A stretch of DNA of 64,000 nt from NCBI RefSeq assembly GCF_009914755.1, contig NC_060938.1; one strand, written 5' to 3'. Shown piece after piece: positions 15,042 to 27,529 of the stretch (positions are counted from its first letter, which is position 1; every line of letters begins with the position of its first letter). The stretch is from the human T2T-CHM13v2.0 reference genome, Homo sapiens. Both the position numbers and the translations under genes were made by a program. Below the pieces are notes generated by a model. The model was not told the DNA's origin. It did not search any database and saw nothing but the letters and a program-made list of their open reading frames with translations.

Positions 15042-16482
15042 TCTGGCTAGTCAGTTGGTGAGTGAGTCCACCTCCAATCTTGATTAAACTCTGCTGCTGG
15101 GAAGTAGCAATTCTGAGCATAAATGTCTTTGATATCCTGAATATTTTGGGTGTGGGATGAGAGAGGCAGTAGATAGTGGAAAGAGCACAGGGTGTAGACT
15201 AAGATAGGCCTGGATTCCTTTCTTTAATCTGTCAATGAAAGCAATGAATGTTCTGAAACTACATGGCAATGCTTTTTTTGTTGCCACTCTGGCTTTTTTT
15301 TTTAATGCTATAAAATATATGCCTATTTTTCACTGCCAAGAGGTGACAACACAATGATGCTGCAACCAGAGAAGACAGACAGCTACCAACAACTATTGAC
15401 AAGACAGAAGGAACATCAAGAATAGATGCAAGACAAAGCAATGTATCTCCATGGCCTAGATTTTTTAGGTTATGCATAGAAACAGCAAGGAGAAGAAGAC
15501 ACAATCCAAGTTTTCTTTTGAGAATATTGTGCTGTTTAAATTTATTTTTTAAACATTTCTTAGCTTTTCTTATTAGTCAATTTCATAAGCCTGGGAAACA
15601 TCTTTACTCTATCCATTTAATTGCATTTGTTCATTAGCTTACTCATTTCACTTATTAGTTCATTCAAACAGTAGCTATTATCAACTGTCTTCTAAGAACT
15701 GTATCTGGGTATTCTGGTTTTGCTTTTTTTTAAAAAATAGAATTAAAAGGATTTCCAAAAGGACCTGATTTTACATTAGAATTAGAATAATACATTTTAA
15801 ATTAATGTATAACATATATTATTCTAGAATTAGAATAGATTTTAAATCACATTAGAATAATAGCCACATGACAAAAAAGAAAAGAAAAATAATAAAATTA
15901 ATGACAAAGAAAAACAATAGTCATGTGAGAGGAAAGGCAAAGCCTAAATATTCCTCTGTCCTCTTCCTCCACCTAGATTCCCAGATGTAAGGTATTAAAA
16001 GTAGTTTGTAAACTTTCTGTGACGTATGCTGAGTCTATCCAAACTGTCGGGAATTGGAGCCTCCCGGGAACCAAACACTCCCCAAAGATCATACACCTAC
16101 GGAGTTCCCCCAAGAGACACACAACTGCAGTTTCATGTAGGTTCACCTTTTCTCTCTTTTTATACTCTGTCCACACAAACCTGGCAGCCACGCAGTCAGT
16201 CCCTGCCCTGTGTCATTGTACTGGCCACAGCAACTTCTCTCTGTAAATGAGAAAGGTCTTGCTTTCAGAAAAGATCATGTTTGCAAACTACTCACTCTTG
16301 AGGAAGAAGGGTGGGAAAAGTAGCAGAGATGAGTGGGGAGATGGTGCATATAAGAAGGAGGAAAGAGGAGACTATGGAGTCAGGATGCCGGCTTGCTATT
16401 CTCAACACCTTTTTCCAGTGCCCAGTTCTTACCTTATTTCTCCTGCCCCTTGCTTTCTTTTCTAGGCACCTCTAAGATACTG

Positions 16483-16926
16483 ATGGCTCTGCAGAGGACC
16501 CATTCATTGCTTCTGCTTTTGCTGCTGACCCTGCTGGGGCTGGGGCTGGTCCAGCCCTCCTATGGCCAGGATGGCATGTACCAGCGATTCCTGCGGCAAC
16601 ACGTGCACCCTGAGGAGACAGGTGGCAGTGATCGCTACTGCAACTTGATGATGCAAAGACGGAAGATGACTTTGTATCACTGCAAGCGCTTCAACACCTT
16701 CATCCATGAAGATATCTGGAACATTCGTAGTATCTGCAGCACCACCAATATCCAATGCAAGAACGGCAAGATGAACTGCCATGAGGGTGTAGTGAAGGTC
16801 ACAGATTGCAGGGACACAGGAAGTTCCAGGGCACCCAACTGCAGATATCGGGCCATAGCGAGCACTAGACGTGTTGTCATTGCCTGTGAGGGTAACCCAC
16901 AGGTGCCTGTGCACTTTGACGGTTAG
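16483..16926 (+). CDS. RNASE4: Ribonuclease 4 precursor, 147 aa, single coding exon (acceptor tctag|16466)
   Basis: [43 protein letters not shown]; CKRFNTF motif; ends PVHFDG. Confidence 0.99.
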   Translation: MALQRTHSLLLLLLLTLLGLGLVQPSYGQDGMYQRFLRQHVHPEETGGSDRYCNLMMQRRKMTLYHCKRFNTFIHEDIWNIRSICSTTNIQCKNGKMNCHEGVVKVTDCRDTGSSRAPNCRYRAIASTRRVVIACEGNPQVPVHFDG

Positions 16927-17064
16927 ATGCCACCATGTAGGGATTATCGCGAGTGGTTGACCTTACACTTACTCCTTAAATAGCAGTGAGTAATGCATTT
17001 GAGCTGTCCCAGGCTCTGTCTCCTCAGCTCATTTCCTACTCTTTTTCTCTATATAACTCATTCT

Positions 17065-17687
17065 ATTAAATACATTGCACCAAAGAGATATGGAGACATA
17101 AACCTGTAATGAATGAGGCTGGGCTTTTCTGTAATAAGCTTCCTTTTATAATACTGGTCAGCTTAGCTCTCTCAGATCCTATCCTGTGGAATTTAGTTAT
17201 TATGTGTATTTATGTAGTATTTCAAACATTTCAAAATGCTTTCATCTATGTTTATCACATTTTAATACCACAGCACTTATAATGATGTCACTACATATAG
17301 AAGCTCAAAGTTAAGGGATTTGCTGAAGACTGTAAAGTTAATGGAAGAATTGAGACAAAAATCCAGTGTAGCTGGCCACTTATCCAGGGCTTTTTCTACT
17401 TCATCACAAGGAATGTTTTGAAAGTGTCTGCTTTTTTTATCCTTAAAATTCACCTGTCAGGGAGGCATTAAAAATTTGGAAATGTATGCCAGCAAAATGT
17501 GAGCTCTGTATTTTTTGGCATTCTTATGTTTGGGTTTAATAAGATTAAGAAAATGATACTGGGAATTTTCTTTTTCCTGAAACTTTGAATCACCCTAGTA
17601 AGTCAAAGTACTAAAAAATGTACTAGATCATTAAGACTTATGTGCTCTTACTGATTGAAAGATTTTTTATGTTTTCCTTGTAATAAA
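17065..17687 (+). terminator. RNASE4 3'UTR alternative poly(A) signals: ATTAAA 17065-17070 and AATAAA 17682-17687
   Basis: Hexamers downstream of the stop codon; usage is inferred. Confidence 0.6.
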
Positions 17688-20589
17688 GGACCTAAACCGA
17701 AGGTACCTGAGAAGACTGTGCTATGGTATTATTTTTTTTCTCTGACTTTTAAATTCTTGTTTAGTTTATAAACATGCATGCACCTTAATAACCTCATAAA
17801 CTCTGGTCAAAGACTAATGCCTATCAGATCCATGACCACAACACAGAAGATTTGTCTCATTTACTCCAGAGAGAATGATTCCTCTCAAAGACAATTCTCA
17901 CAGCTCTTCCTTCTCCCTTAGAATATTTAGAAGCAAATTAGGGAGCTGTCAGGTCTCTGAGCCCAAGCCTGCACGTATACATCCAGATGGCCTGAAGCAA
18001 CTGAAGAACCACAAAAGAAGTGAAAATAACCAATTCCTGCCTTAACTGATGACATTCCACCACTGTGATTTGTTCCTGCCCCACCTTAACTGATCAATTA
18101 GCCTTGTGACATTCCTTCTCCTGGACAATTAGACTCAGGAGCTCCCCACCAGAGCACCTTGTGACCCCCGCCCCTGCCCGCTAGAGAATAACCCACTTTG
18201 ACCGTAATTTCCCACTACCAACCCAAATCCTATAAAACTGCCCCACCCCATCTCCCTTTGCTGACTCCTTTTTTGGACTCAGTCTGCCTGCACCCAGGTG
18301 ATTAAAAAGCTTTATTGCTCACACAAAGCCTGTTTGGTGGTCTCTTCACATGGACGCGTGTGACATTTAGTGCCGAAGACCCAGAACAGGGGGACTCCTT
18401 CAGGAGACTGGTCCCCTGTCCTCGCCTTCACTCCATGAGGAGGTCCACCTATGACCTCAGGTCCTCAGACCAACCAGCCCAAGGAACATCTCACCCATTT
18501 CAAATTGGGTAAGCGGTCTTTTCACTGTCTTCTCCAGCCTCTCTTGCTACCCTTCAATCTCCCTGTCCTTCCAATTCCAGTTCTCTTTCCTCTCTAGTAG
18601 AGACAAAGGAGACGCATTTTATCCATGGACCCAAAACTCCGACACCAGTCACGGACTCGGGAAGATAGTCTTCCCTTGGCGTCTGATCATTGTGGGGATG
18701 CCTGCCCTGATCATTCACCCACATTCCATTGGTGTCTGATCACTGTGGGGACACCTGCCATGGTCATTCACCCACATTCCCTTGATGGCAAGTCAATCGC
18801 GGGATGCCTGCTTTGGCTGATCGTCCACGTTATAGCCCAGGGCTGCTCACCACCCCCTTTGCTGTGTCTCTACCTTTCTCTTTAAACTTACTTCTTCACT
18901 GTGGGCAACCTTCCACCCTGCATTCCCCCTTCTTCTCCCTTAGCCTGTGTTCTCAAGAACTTAAAACCTCTTCAACTCACACCTGACCTAAAACCTAAAT
19001 GCCTTATTTTCTTCTGCAATACCGTTTGGCCCTAATACAAACCCAACAATGGTTCCAAATGGCCAGAAAACGGCACTTTTGATTTCTCCATCTTACAAGA
19101 TCTAGATGATTTTTGTCGAAAAATGGGGAAATAGTCTGAGGTGCCTGACATCCAGGCATTCTTTTACACATCAGTCCCTCCCTAGTCTCTGCTCCCAATG
19201 TGACTTGTCCCAAATCTTTCTTCTTTCTCTCCTGTCTGTTTCTTCAGTCTCCACCCCAAGCTCTGAGTCCTTTGAATTCTCCTTTTCTACAGACCCATCT
19301 GACCTCTTCCCTCCTCCCCAGGCTGCTGCTCACCAGCCAGGCCAAGCCAGGTCCTGATTCTTCCTCAGCCTCTGCTCCCCCACCCTATAATCCTTTTATC
19401 ACCTCCCCTCCTCACACCTGGTCCAGCTTACAGTTTCATTCCATGACTAGCTCTCCCCAACCTGCCCAAAAATTTCCTCTTAAAGAGGTGGCTGGAGCTG
19501 AAGGTACAGTCAAGGTTAATGCTCCTTTTTCTTTATCCAACCTCTCCCAAATGAGTTAGCATTTAGGCTTTTTTTTTTTTTTTTTTTATCAAATATAAAA
19601 ACCCAGCCCAGTTCATGGCCCATTTGGCAACAACCCTTAGACACTTTACTGTCCTAGACCCAGAGAGGCCAGAAGGCCGTCTTATTCTCAATATGCATTT
19701 TATTAGTCAATCCACTCCTGACATTAACAAAGCTCCAAAAATTAGATTCTGGCCCTCAAACCCCACAACAGGACTTAATTAACCTCGCCTTCAAGGTGTA
19801 CAATAATAGAGAAGAGGCAGCCAAGTGGCAACGTATTTCTGAGTTGCAATTACTTGCCTCCACTATGAGAGAAGCCCCAGCCACATCTCCAGCACACAAG
19901 AACTTCAAAATGCCTGAACTGCAGTGGCCAGGTGTTCCTCCAGGACCTCCTCCCCGAGGATCTTGCTTCAAGTGCTAGAAATCTGGCCACTGGGCCAAGG
20001 AATGCCTGCAGCCCGGGATTCCTCCTAAGCCATGTCCCATCTGTGCGGGACCCCACTGGAAACCGGACTGTCCAACTCGCCCAGCAGCCACTCCCAGAGC
20101 CCCTGGAATTCTGGCCCAAGGCTCTCTGACTGACTCCTTCCCAGATCTTCTTGGCTTAGTGGCTGAAGACTGACGTGGCTCAATTATCTCAGAAGCCTCC
20201 TGGACCATCACAGATGCTTTCGGTAACTCTTACAGTGGAGGGTAAGTCCATCCCCTTCTTGATCAATATGGAGGCCACCCACTCCACATTACCTTCTTTT
20301 CAAGGGCCTGTTTCTCTTGCCTCCATAACTGTTGTGCATATTGATGGCCAGGCTTTTAAAACTCCCCAACTCTGGTGCCAACTTGGACAACATTTTTTAT
20401 GCACTCCTTTTTAGTTATCCCCACCTGCCCACCTCCCTTATTAGGTTGAGACATTTTAACTAAATTATCTGCTTCCCTGACTATTCCTGGGCTACAGTCA
20501 CACCTATTCCCACCCTTTTCCCCAGTTCACATACTCCTCTTCTGTCTCCCTACCTTAATCCACAAGTATAGGATACCTGTGCTCCTTCC

Positions 20590-22434
20590 TTGGTGACCGA
20601 TCATGCACCCCTTACCATCCCTTTAAAACCTAATCACCCTTACTCCTCTCAATGCCAGTATGCCATCCCACAACAGGCTTTGAGGGGACTAAAGCCTGTT
20701 ATCACTTGCCTGTTACAGCATGGCCTTTTAAAGCCTACAAGCTCTCCTTACAATTCTCCCATTTTACTTGTCCAAAAACTGGACAAGTCTTACAGGTTAG
20801 TTCAGGATCTGCACCTTATCAACCAAATTGTTTTGCCTATCCACTCTGTGGTGCCCAACCCGTACACCCTTTTGTCCTCAATAAATTCCTCCACAGCTCA
20901 CTATTCTGTTCTTGATCTTAAAGATGCTTTTTTCACTATTCCCCTGCACCTGTCATCCCAGCCTCTCTTTGCTTTTACCTGGACTGATCCTGACACCCAT
21001 CAGCCTCAGCAACTTACCTGGGCTGTACTGCCACAAGGCTTCAGGGACAGCCCCCATTACTTCAGTCAAGCCCTTTCTCATGATCTACTTTCTTTCTGTC
21101 CATCTGCTTCTCACCTTATTCAATATTTTGATGACCTTCTACTTTATAGCCCCTCCTACAAATCTTCTCAACGGGACACCCTCCTGTTCCTCCAATATCT
21201 GTTCTCAAAAGGATATCATGTATCCCCCTCCAAAGCCCAAATTTCTTCCTCATCTGTTACCTATCTCAGCATAATTCTTCATGAAAACACACGTGCTCTC
21301 CTTGCTGATTGTGTCCAGCTGATCTCTCAAACCCCAGTCCCCACCACCAAACAACAACTCCTTTCCTTCTTAGGCACTGTTGGATATTTCCGATTCTGGA
21401 TATCAGGCGTCGCTATCCTGATGAAACCACTTTACAAGCTCAGAAAGGGCAACTTAACTGATCCCATAGACCCTAAGTCTTTTCCCCATTCTTCTTTTCA
21501 CTCTCTCAAAAACGCCCTGGAGACCGCTTCCACACTAGCACTCCCCGACTCGTCCCATTCTTTTTCCTTACACACAGCTGAAATACAAGGCTGTGCTGCC
21601 AGAGTCCTCACACAGGAGCCAGGCCCGTGACCTGCTGCCTTTCTATCAAAACAACTTGACCTCCCAATTCTGGGGTGGCCCTCATGTGTGCATGCAGCAG
21701 CAGCCACAGCTTTAATACTTCTGGAAGCCCTCAAAATTACAAGCTATGCTCCACTTACTCTCTACTGTTCCTGTAACTTTCCAAATCTATTCTCCTCCTC
21801 ACGCTTGACACGTATACTTTCTGTGCCCCAGCTCCTTCAACTGTACTCACTATTTGTTGAGTCTCCCACAATTACCATTGTTCCTAGTCCAGACTTCAAT
21901 CCAGCCTCTCATCTTATTCCTGATACTGCATCTGAGCCCCATGACTGTATCCCTCTAATCCACGTGGCATTCTCCCCTTTTCCCCATATTTTCCTCTTTC
22001 CTGTTCCCTACCCAGACCACACTTGGTTTATTGATGGTAGTTCTTCCAGGTCCAATCGCCAATCACTGGCAAAGGCAGGCTATGCTATAGTATCTTCCAC
22101 ATCTATCATTGAGGCTACAGGCCTGCCCCCTTCTGCTACCTCTCAACAAGCTGAAATCATTGCCTTAACTCGAGCCCTCATTCTTGCAAAGGAACTACGT
22201 GTCAATATCTATACCAATTCCAGGTATGCCTTCCACATCCTTCACCACCATGCTGTTATATGGGCAGAAAGAAGTTTCCTCACTACACAAGGGTCCTCCA
22301 TCATTAATGCCTCCTTAATAAAACCTCTTCTTAAAGCTGCTCTACTTCCAAGAAAACTGAGGCCATTCACTGTAAAGGCCAACAAAAGGCATCAGATCCC
22401 ATCACTCAGGGCAATGCTTATGCTAATAAGGTAG
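20590..22434 (+). pseudogene. HERV-H pol remnant (RT + RNase H)
   Basis: LDLKDAFF, LPQGFRDSP, YFDD, WFIDGSS, SQQAE, NIYTNSRYAF; two in-frame ORFs separated by one TGA at 21628-21630. Confidence 0.93.
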
Positions 22435-22726
22435 CTAAACAAGCAGCTGGCGTTTCAACTTCTGTCCCTCATGGCCAGTTTTTCTCCTTCTCATCTTTTC
22501 ACTTTACATTTCCAGTTTCGCCTTACACAAGGTCTCTTCTTCCCCTGTGGCTCCTCCCCTACATGTGTCTACCTGTTAATTAGACAGGCACATGCACACT
22601 AGTTTTCCTTACCCCCAAAAATCAACTTGCAAATGGGACCCAAGAGCTTCCTGTTCCCCTCATGACACCAACACTTCACTACTATTTTGTTTTGTTTTTC
22701 TTATTATTAATATAAGAAGACAGGAA

Positions 22727-22850
22727 TATGCCCTTGACTTACTCACTGCTGAAAAAGGGGGACTCTGTATATTTTTAAATGAAGAGTGTTGTTTCTACCA
22801 AAATCACTCTGGCCTAGTATATGACAACATAAAAAAAACTCAAGGATAGC
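22727..22850 (+). pseudogene. HERV-H env TM remnant
   Basis: [23 protein letters not shown] = immunosuppressive domain plus CX6CC. Confidence 0.9.
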
Positions 22851-23732
22851 GCCCAAAAACTCACCAACCAAGCAAATAATTATGCTGAACCCCCTTAGGC
22901 ACTCTCTAATTGGATGTCCTGAGCCCTCCCAATTTTTAGTCCTTTAATACATGCTTTTCTCCTTCTCTTATTTAGACCTTGTGTCTTCTGATCAGTTTCT
23001 CAATTCATACAAAACTGCATTCAGGCCATCATCAATCATTCTGTATGACAAATGCTCCTTCTAACAACCCCACAATATCACCCTTGATGCCCAAATCTTT
23101 CTTCAGTTTAATCTCTCCCACTCTAGGTTCCCATGCTGCCCCTAATCCCACTTGAAGCAGCCCTGAGAAACATTGCCCATTATCTCTCCATACCACCCCC
23201 CAAAATTTTTGCCGCTCCAACACCTCACCACTATTTTGTTTTGTTTTTCTTATTAATATAAGAAGACAGGAAATGTCAGACCTCTGAGCCCAAGCCTGCA
23301 AGTATACATCCAGATGGCCTGAAGCAACTGAAGAACCACAAAAGAAGTGAAAATAGCCAGTTCCTGCCTTAACTGATGACATTCCACCATTGTGATTTGT
23401 TCCTGCCCCACCTTAACTGATCAATTAACCTTGTGACATTCCTTCTCCTAGACAATGAGTCTCAGAACCTCCCCACTGAGCACCTTGTAACCCCTGCCCC
23501 TGCCTGCAAGAGAATAACCCACTTTGACTGTAATTTTCCACTACCTACCCAAATCTTATAAAACTGCCCCACCCCATCTCCCTTTGCTGACTCCTTTTTC
23601 GGACTCAGTCTGCCTGCACCCAGGTGATTAAAAAGCTTTATTGCTCACACAAAACCTGTTTGGTGGTCTCTTCACATGGACGCACATGACAGGAGCAGAG
23701 ATATATGAAGATGCTAGCTGCTTAAGAAGGGA

Positions 23733-23770
<38 letters not shown>
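23733..23770. repeat. (TG)n microsatellite
   Basis: Visible dinucleotide run. Confidence 0.95.
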
Positions 23771-23771
<1 letters not shown>

Positions 23772-23774
23772 ACA

Positions 23775-24742
23775 TGTTTAAGGGCAAAACTGACAAAACT
23801 GAAAACATTTGAATTACAGCAGATACAGAAAGAAATCTTACCTGAACTTCTCTCACCTGACTAAAGCAGAGCCTCCCAGAAATGCCCCCACCATTATCTC
23901 CCTCCGGAGGGGTCCTCATGTAATGGTAATAGGTCTTTTGCCTGATGTGCACAGCATGTCAATATGCCAAGACACTGGGTTGCAGCAGAGAAAGAGGTTT
24001 AATTGCAGGGCTGCTGAACCAAAAGATGGAAGGAAACCTCAAATCCATTTCCTCAAAGAGTTTGAGGCTGTTGTTTTTAAGGATTTGGAGTAGGTGGAAA
24101 TAAGAGATCACTAATTGGTTGAAGAATGCAGAGTGAAGTCATGGGACAGAGAGATGAAAAAACAGTATTCTCATGCTGATCAGTTCATCAGTTGGGCTCT
24201 TTAAAGTTGGTGGTGTCAGCTGTTCTGCCGGAATTCAGGATCTGCATAAACAATTCTTAAACAAAAGCCTTATGATTCTAATGTCAAAGATCTTATCTAT
24301 GGGAACAATGAGAATGCAAATTATCAGTAGCTAGTGTTCGTGAGTTTTGGTTACAAGGAAGTGGGTCAAAGTGTAGCCTGATTAACACTTACTCATAATT
24401 ATATTTTTGTCCAGGATTCTTGTTAACCGTGTGAGGATTACTTCACCCAGACAGGAGATATTCCAAGAAAATTGTGTAAAACTTTATCCAAAGCTTCTAT
24501 TTGTCTTTCCCAAAAGTCATTTGTTTTCCTATAGAAGTCATTTCTCCCTCCTTCTTTTCCCCTATGAGTTGATAACTAAACTTCTGTCTCTAGCTCTTCA
24601 TCAAGCCTCTTCATCTGAATGCTTCCACAAGTTATGAATACAACTTGTTTTCTTTCCCCCTGCTAACCTGTCTATAGTTAATTCACAGGCTCCCACCCAC
24701 TGAACCAAAGTTGGTAGAGGGAAAGTTTTCCCTCCTAATAGC
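23775..24742. mobile_element. Old ERV1-type solo LTR (MER34/39-like) split by a second, reverse-oriented LTR (~23919-24441)
   Basis: LTR-like end ggtagagggaaagttttccctcc; inner element tgtaat...gattac with tttaat poly(A) complement; families uncertain. Confidence 0.5.
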
Positions 24743-27498
24743 ATGTCTGTGTATATTTAGAGTGAGAAAGAAGGATGAAGAGATAATTCGTCTTTGTCAC
24801 CATCCAGGTAGTCATGGGAGTTGGGACCTGTGGTATAATAAAAAATAAATTTGAACTTAGTTCCTGGTTCCTGCCACAGACCTTCTAAAATGCTTGGAAT
24901 TTCCTGAGTGATAGTGTAACCAAACTAAGGGTCAGCTGATCACTGCTCACTGCTCAAAAGCAAGACTTGCAAGACAAGAGTTGGTGCAGGAAAAGCAGGT
25001 TTATTCAAGAGCTAGCAACCTGAGGAGATGGTGGACTAGCGCCTCAAAGACTATTTCAAAATTTTAGGCTAGCTAAAGGGATTTTAAGAAGTAGGAGGCA
25101 TGGAAACTATGAGCAGGAGTGGTGCAGGGTGCAGGTTTGCATGTCTTACTCTGATGGCTATCTTCAGTAACGGATCACCTGGAGGTCTGGCTGGCATCAC
25201 CATGACTGCAACTAGCTTATGGATTAACCCCCCTCAGTGATTTTTCTGAGAATGTAGGATTCCACAATCTCAAATTCATGCCCGGTTTATTTCAAGATTA
25301 GCCCCTGGGTTTCTTAAGCAAGGATACGGCTAGATACTGAATAAAGCAAAGGGTGAGGCTATTCATTATTGAAGCAGGCTGATTATTCCAGCTACAAACT
25401 CCCCACTGCCAATTCCTGTTTCATTTCTATGGGAGATCAGGTGTCAATTTCTTTCTAGCTACTTCCTGCTGAATGAGGGCATCACTAGGGAGCTGAAGAA
25501 TGGAATTTATTTACCTGGAGTTGGAAGTATTCATGCATTCCTTGACTTATGGAAGTGATTTTTTACAGCATCATTGACCTGGGAGTTAGGAGCCTTTCCA
25601 ATTAAGGAAAACACAATCTTGCAATATCACACATATGGTGCAACAAGAGTATAACCCATAGAGAATATACCTATTCCTATAATCATAGCTGGAACTACTA
25701 GCAGTTTTTTCCACCAAGTAGGTCCGTATCCAAACCATGAAGATAACCACTGGTTTAGGGACATTGTGGGGTCAGACATAGCATTGATTTGTCTGTGCAT
25801 GTCTTGAAGGGCTAAGGAGATGTTTCGCAAATTACCTAGGATATACACAAAACATTTAGTTTCAATTATGGGTCAAGGTCCCTCCCAGCAGCTGTGAGTA
25901 CATCAAGGGCCATGTGGTTTTGCAAGACTACTTTTCCCATCATAGTCATTTCAGAGGTTACTAATGAGATGCCCTTAAATGTGTCTTTCAGCACTTGCTA
26001 TAATTTGTAAGTGCCTCAATATGCCAGATGATGCTTTCTAAGCCTGCTTGGGGGAAAACAAGGGACAGGAGATGGTCGTACGAAGGGAAAACCGGCCTGG
26101 TCCATTGGTGTAACACATCTGGAAAGTGTGCAGGCTGCCTGGTGGTTTTTGTTAATCAGCCCCGGACCTATGGGGGTCCTAACGTGCACTGCCCTATCCA
26201 TCCATCAGGTAGACATGGCCGAAGATTAGTTTCACATAACTATTGAGTTCCACTGGGGACCAGCCACCAAATTTTGGGTCTGTGTCCAATCAGTGGTAAA
26301 CAGGTTTGTCTAATATAGCACTAAAGAATGTTCATATTGATGTAGAGTCATCCTATCCACATTTTTAGTAACATTCGGCCAATGATTCTAAGAGTGATTC
26401 CTTTGTTCCCAACATGAAGTGGCAATTTGGGTTAAGTGACTAATAGTGGAGATCATCCAGAGGTAATCGTCCCAAATTTGATAAAAACTCACCTACCGTG
26501 TAATGGTTATTAGTAGCCAAAATCTTGGGGGCCATCTAGGAAAACTCCTTTAAGAGAGGGATTGCATACTCAGAGGTCCTTTGGATAGTCCGGTTATAAT
26601 GAAGAGTTTTCCAGGATCTGGATTCTGAAGCGTTATATTAATGCCAGGCCATTTTTAAAAAATATTACCTTAAGTTACCAAGGTCCTGATTTTCCCATGA
26701 ACAGTTTTTCATATACGTTTGTAAATGTATCTAATCAGTCCCCTGCAGGGGTGATACTCACTAAAGTAGCCCAGAAGTGCTAGAGATGGGTAGCAATCCA
26801 CATACCCAGCAAGCATCTTAGTGTAGACTATCTGCATAATGTTATGCCCACTGTAGAAATAGACTAGTTTTAGCAGATGTCAAAAAAGTTTACTCATTAT
26901 GATAAAGAATAACAGAAATTTAATCCTATAGTACAAAAAGATTTTTCTTAAGCAGTAGCTTCAGTTCTCCAGTTGGCTCACAAGTCCAACCAGGTTGATT
27001 GTCTGCTGTGTCAGGTTGGGGAGGGGCGATTTTTACCGAAATGTGATGTATGCGTGGTTTGACTCCAGCCAGCTTAACAGATGAATGAGTAGTTAATAAA
27101 ACATCATAATGACCTGTCCACTTTTTGGCTGGCTGTTGTTGGTCCAGTCCTTGTTTTTACCAAGATTTTAGCGGCACTTTATCCTTGGATGAAAAGGGTG
27201 AAGGGGCTTTTTTGTAAGACACATAAAACTGGAAAGAACAAAAAGAACAAACTTGTGCAGGGTTAGTGATTTATGTCTTAGTTGTTGTACATATTGTTTA
27301 ATTCTTGATTAATTTATTAAGTCCAAGGGTGGGGTCCGTGGCCAAGAAGTTCAGAAGGGTCTCCCACACACAATTTCAAAAAGGCTTAATTTAAGCCCAC
27401 TTCAGGGTGCTACCCCAATCCATAGCAGGGCAATAGGTAAAACCCTTTACCATTTTAAATCTGTTTCCCGATAGAGTTTTGCCAGGGGTTTTTTTTGG

Positions 27499-27529
<31 letters not shown>

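Larger units (their letters stand above)
17947..23691 (+). mobile_element. HERV-H provirus (defective): LTR7-family LTRs 17947-18365 and 23274-23691
   Basis: Paired TG...CA LTRs; 5-bp TSD GGAGC (17942-17946, 23692-23696); PPT aagaagacaggaa; gag zinc fingers, pro, RT, RNase H and env TM remnants; integrase and most of env deleted. Confidence 0.96.

Noticed and set aside
16393-16482. 177-aa ORF extension of RNASE4
   Set aside because: Runs through the polypyrimidine tract and the acceptor at 16465, so it is intron and UTR
16504-16914. 136-aa antisense ORF over RNASE4
   Set aside because: Shadow of the real CDS with no independent support
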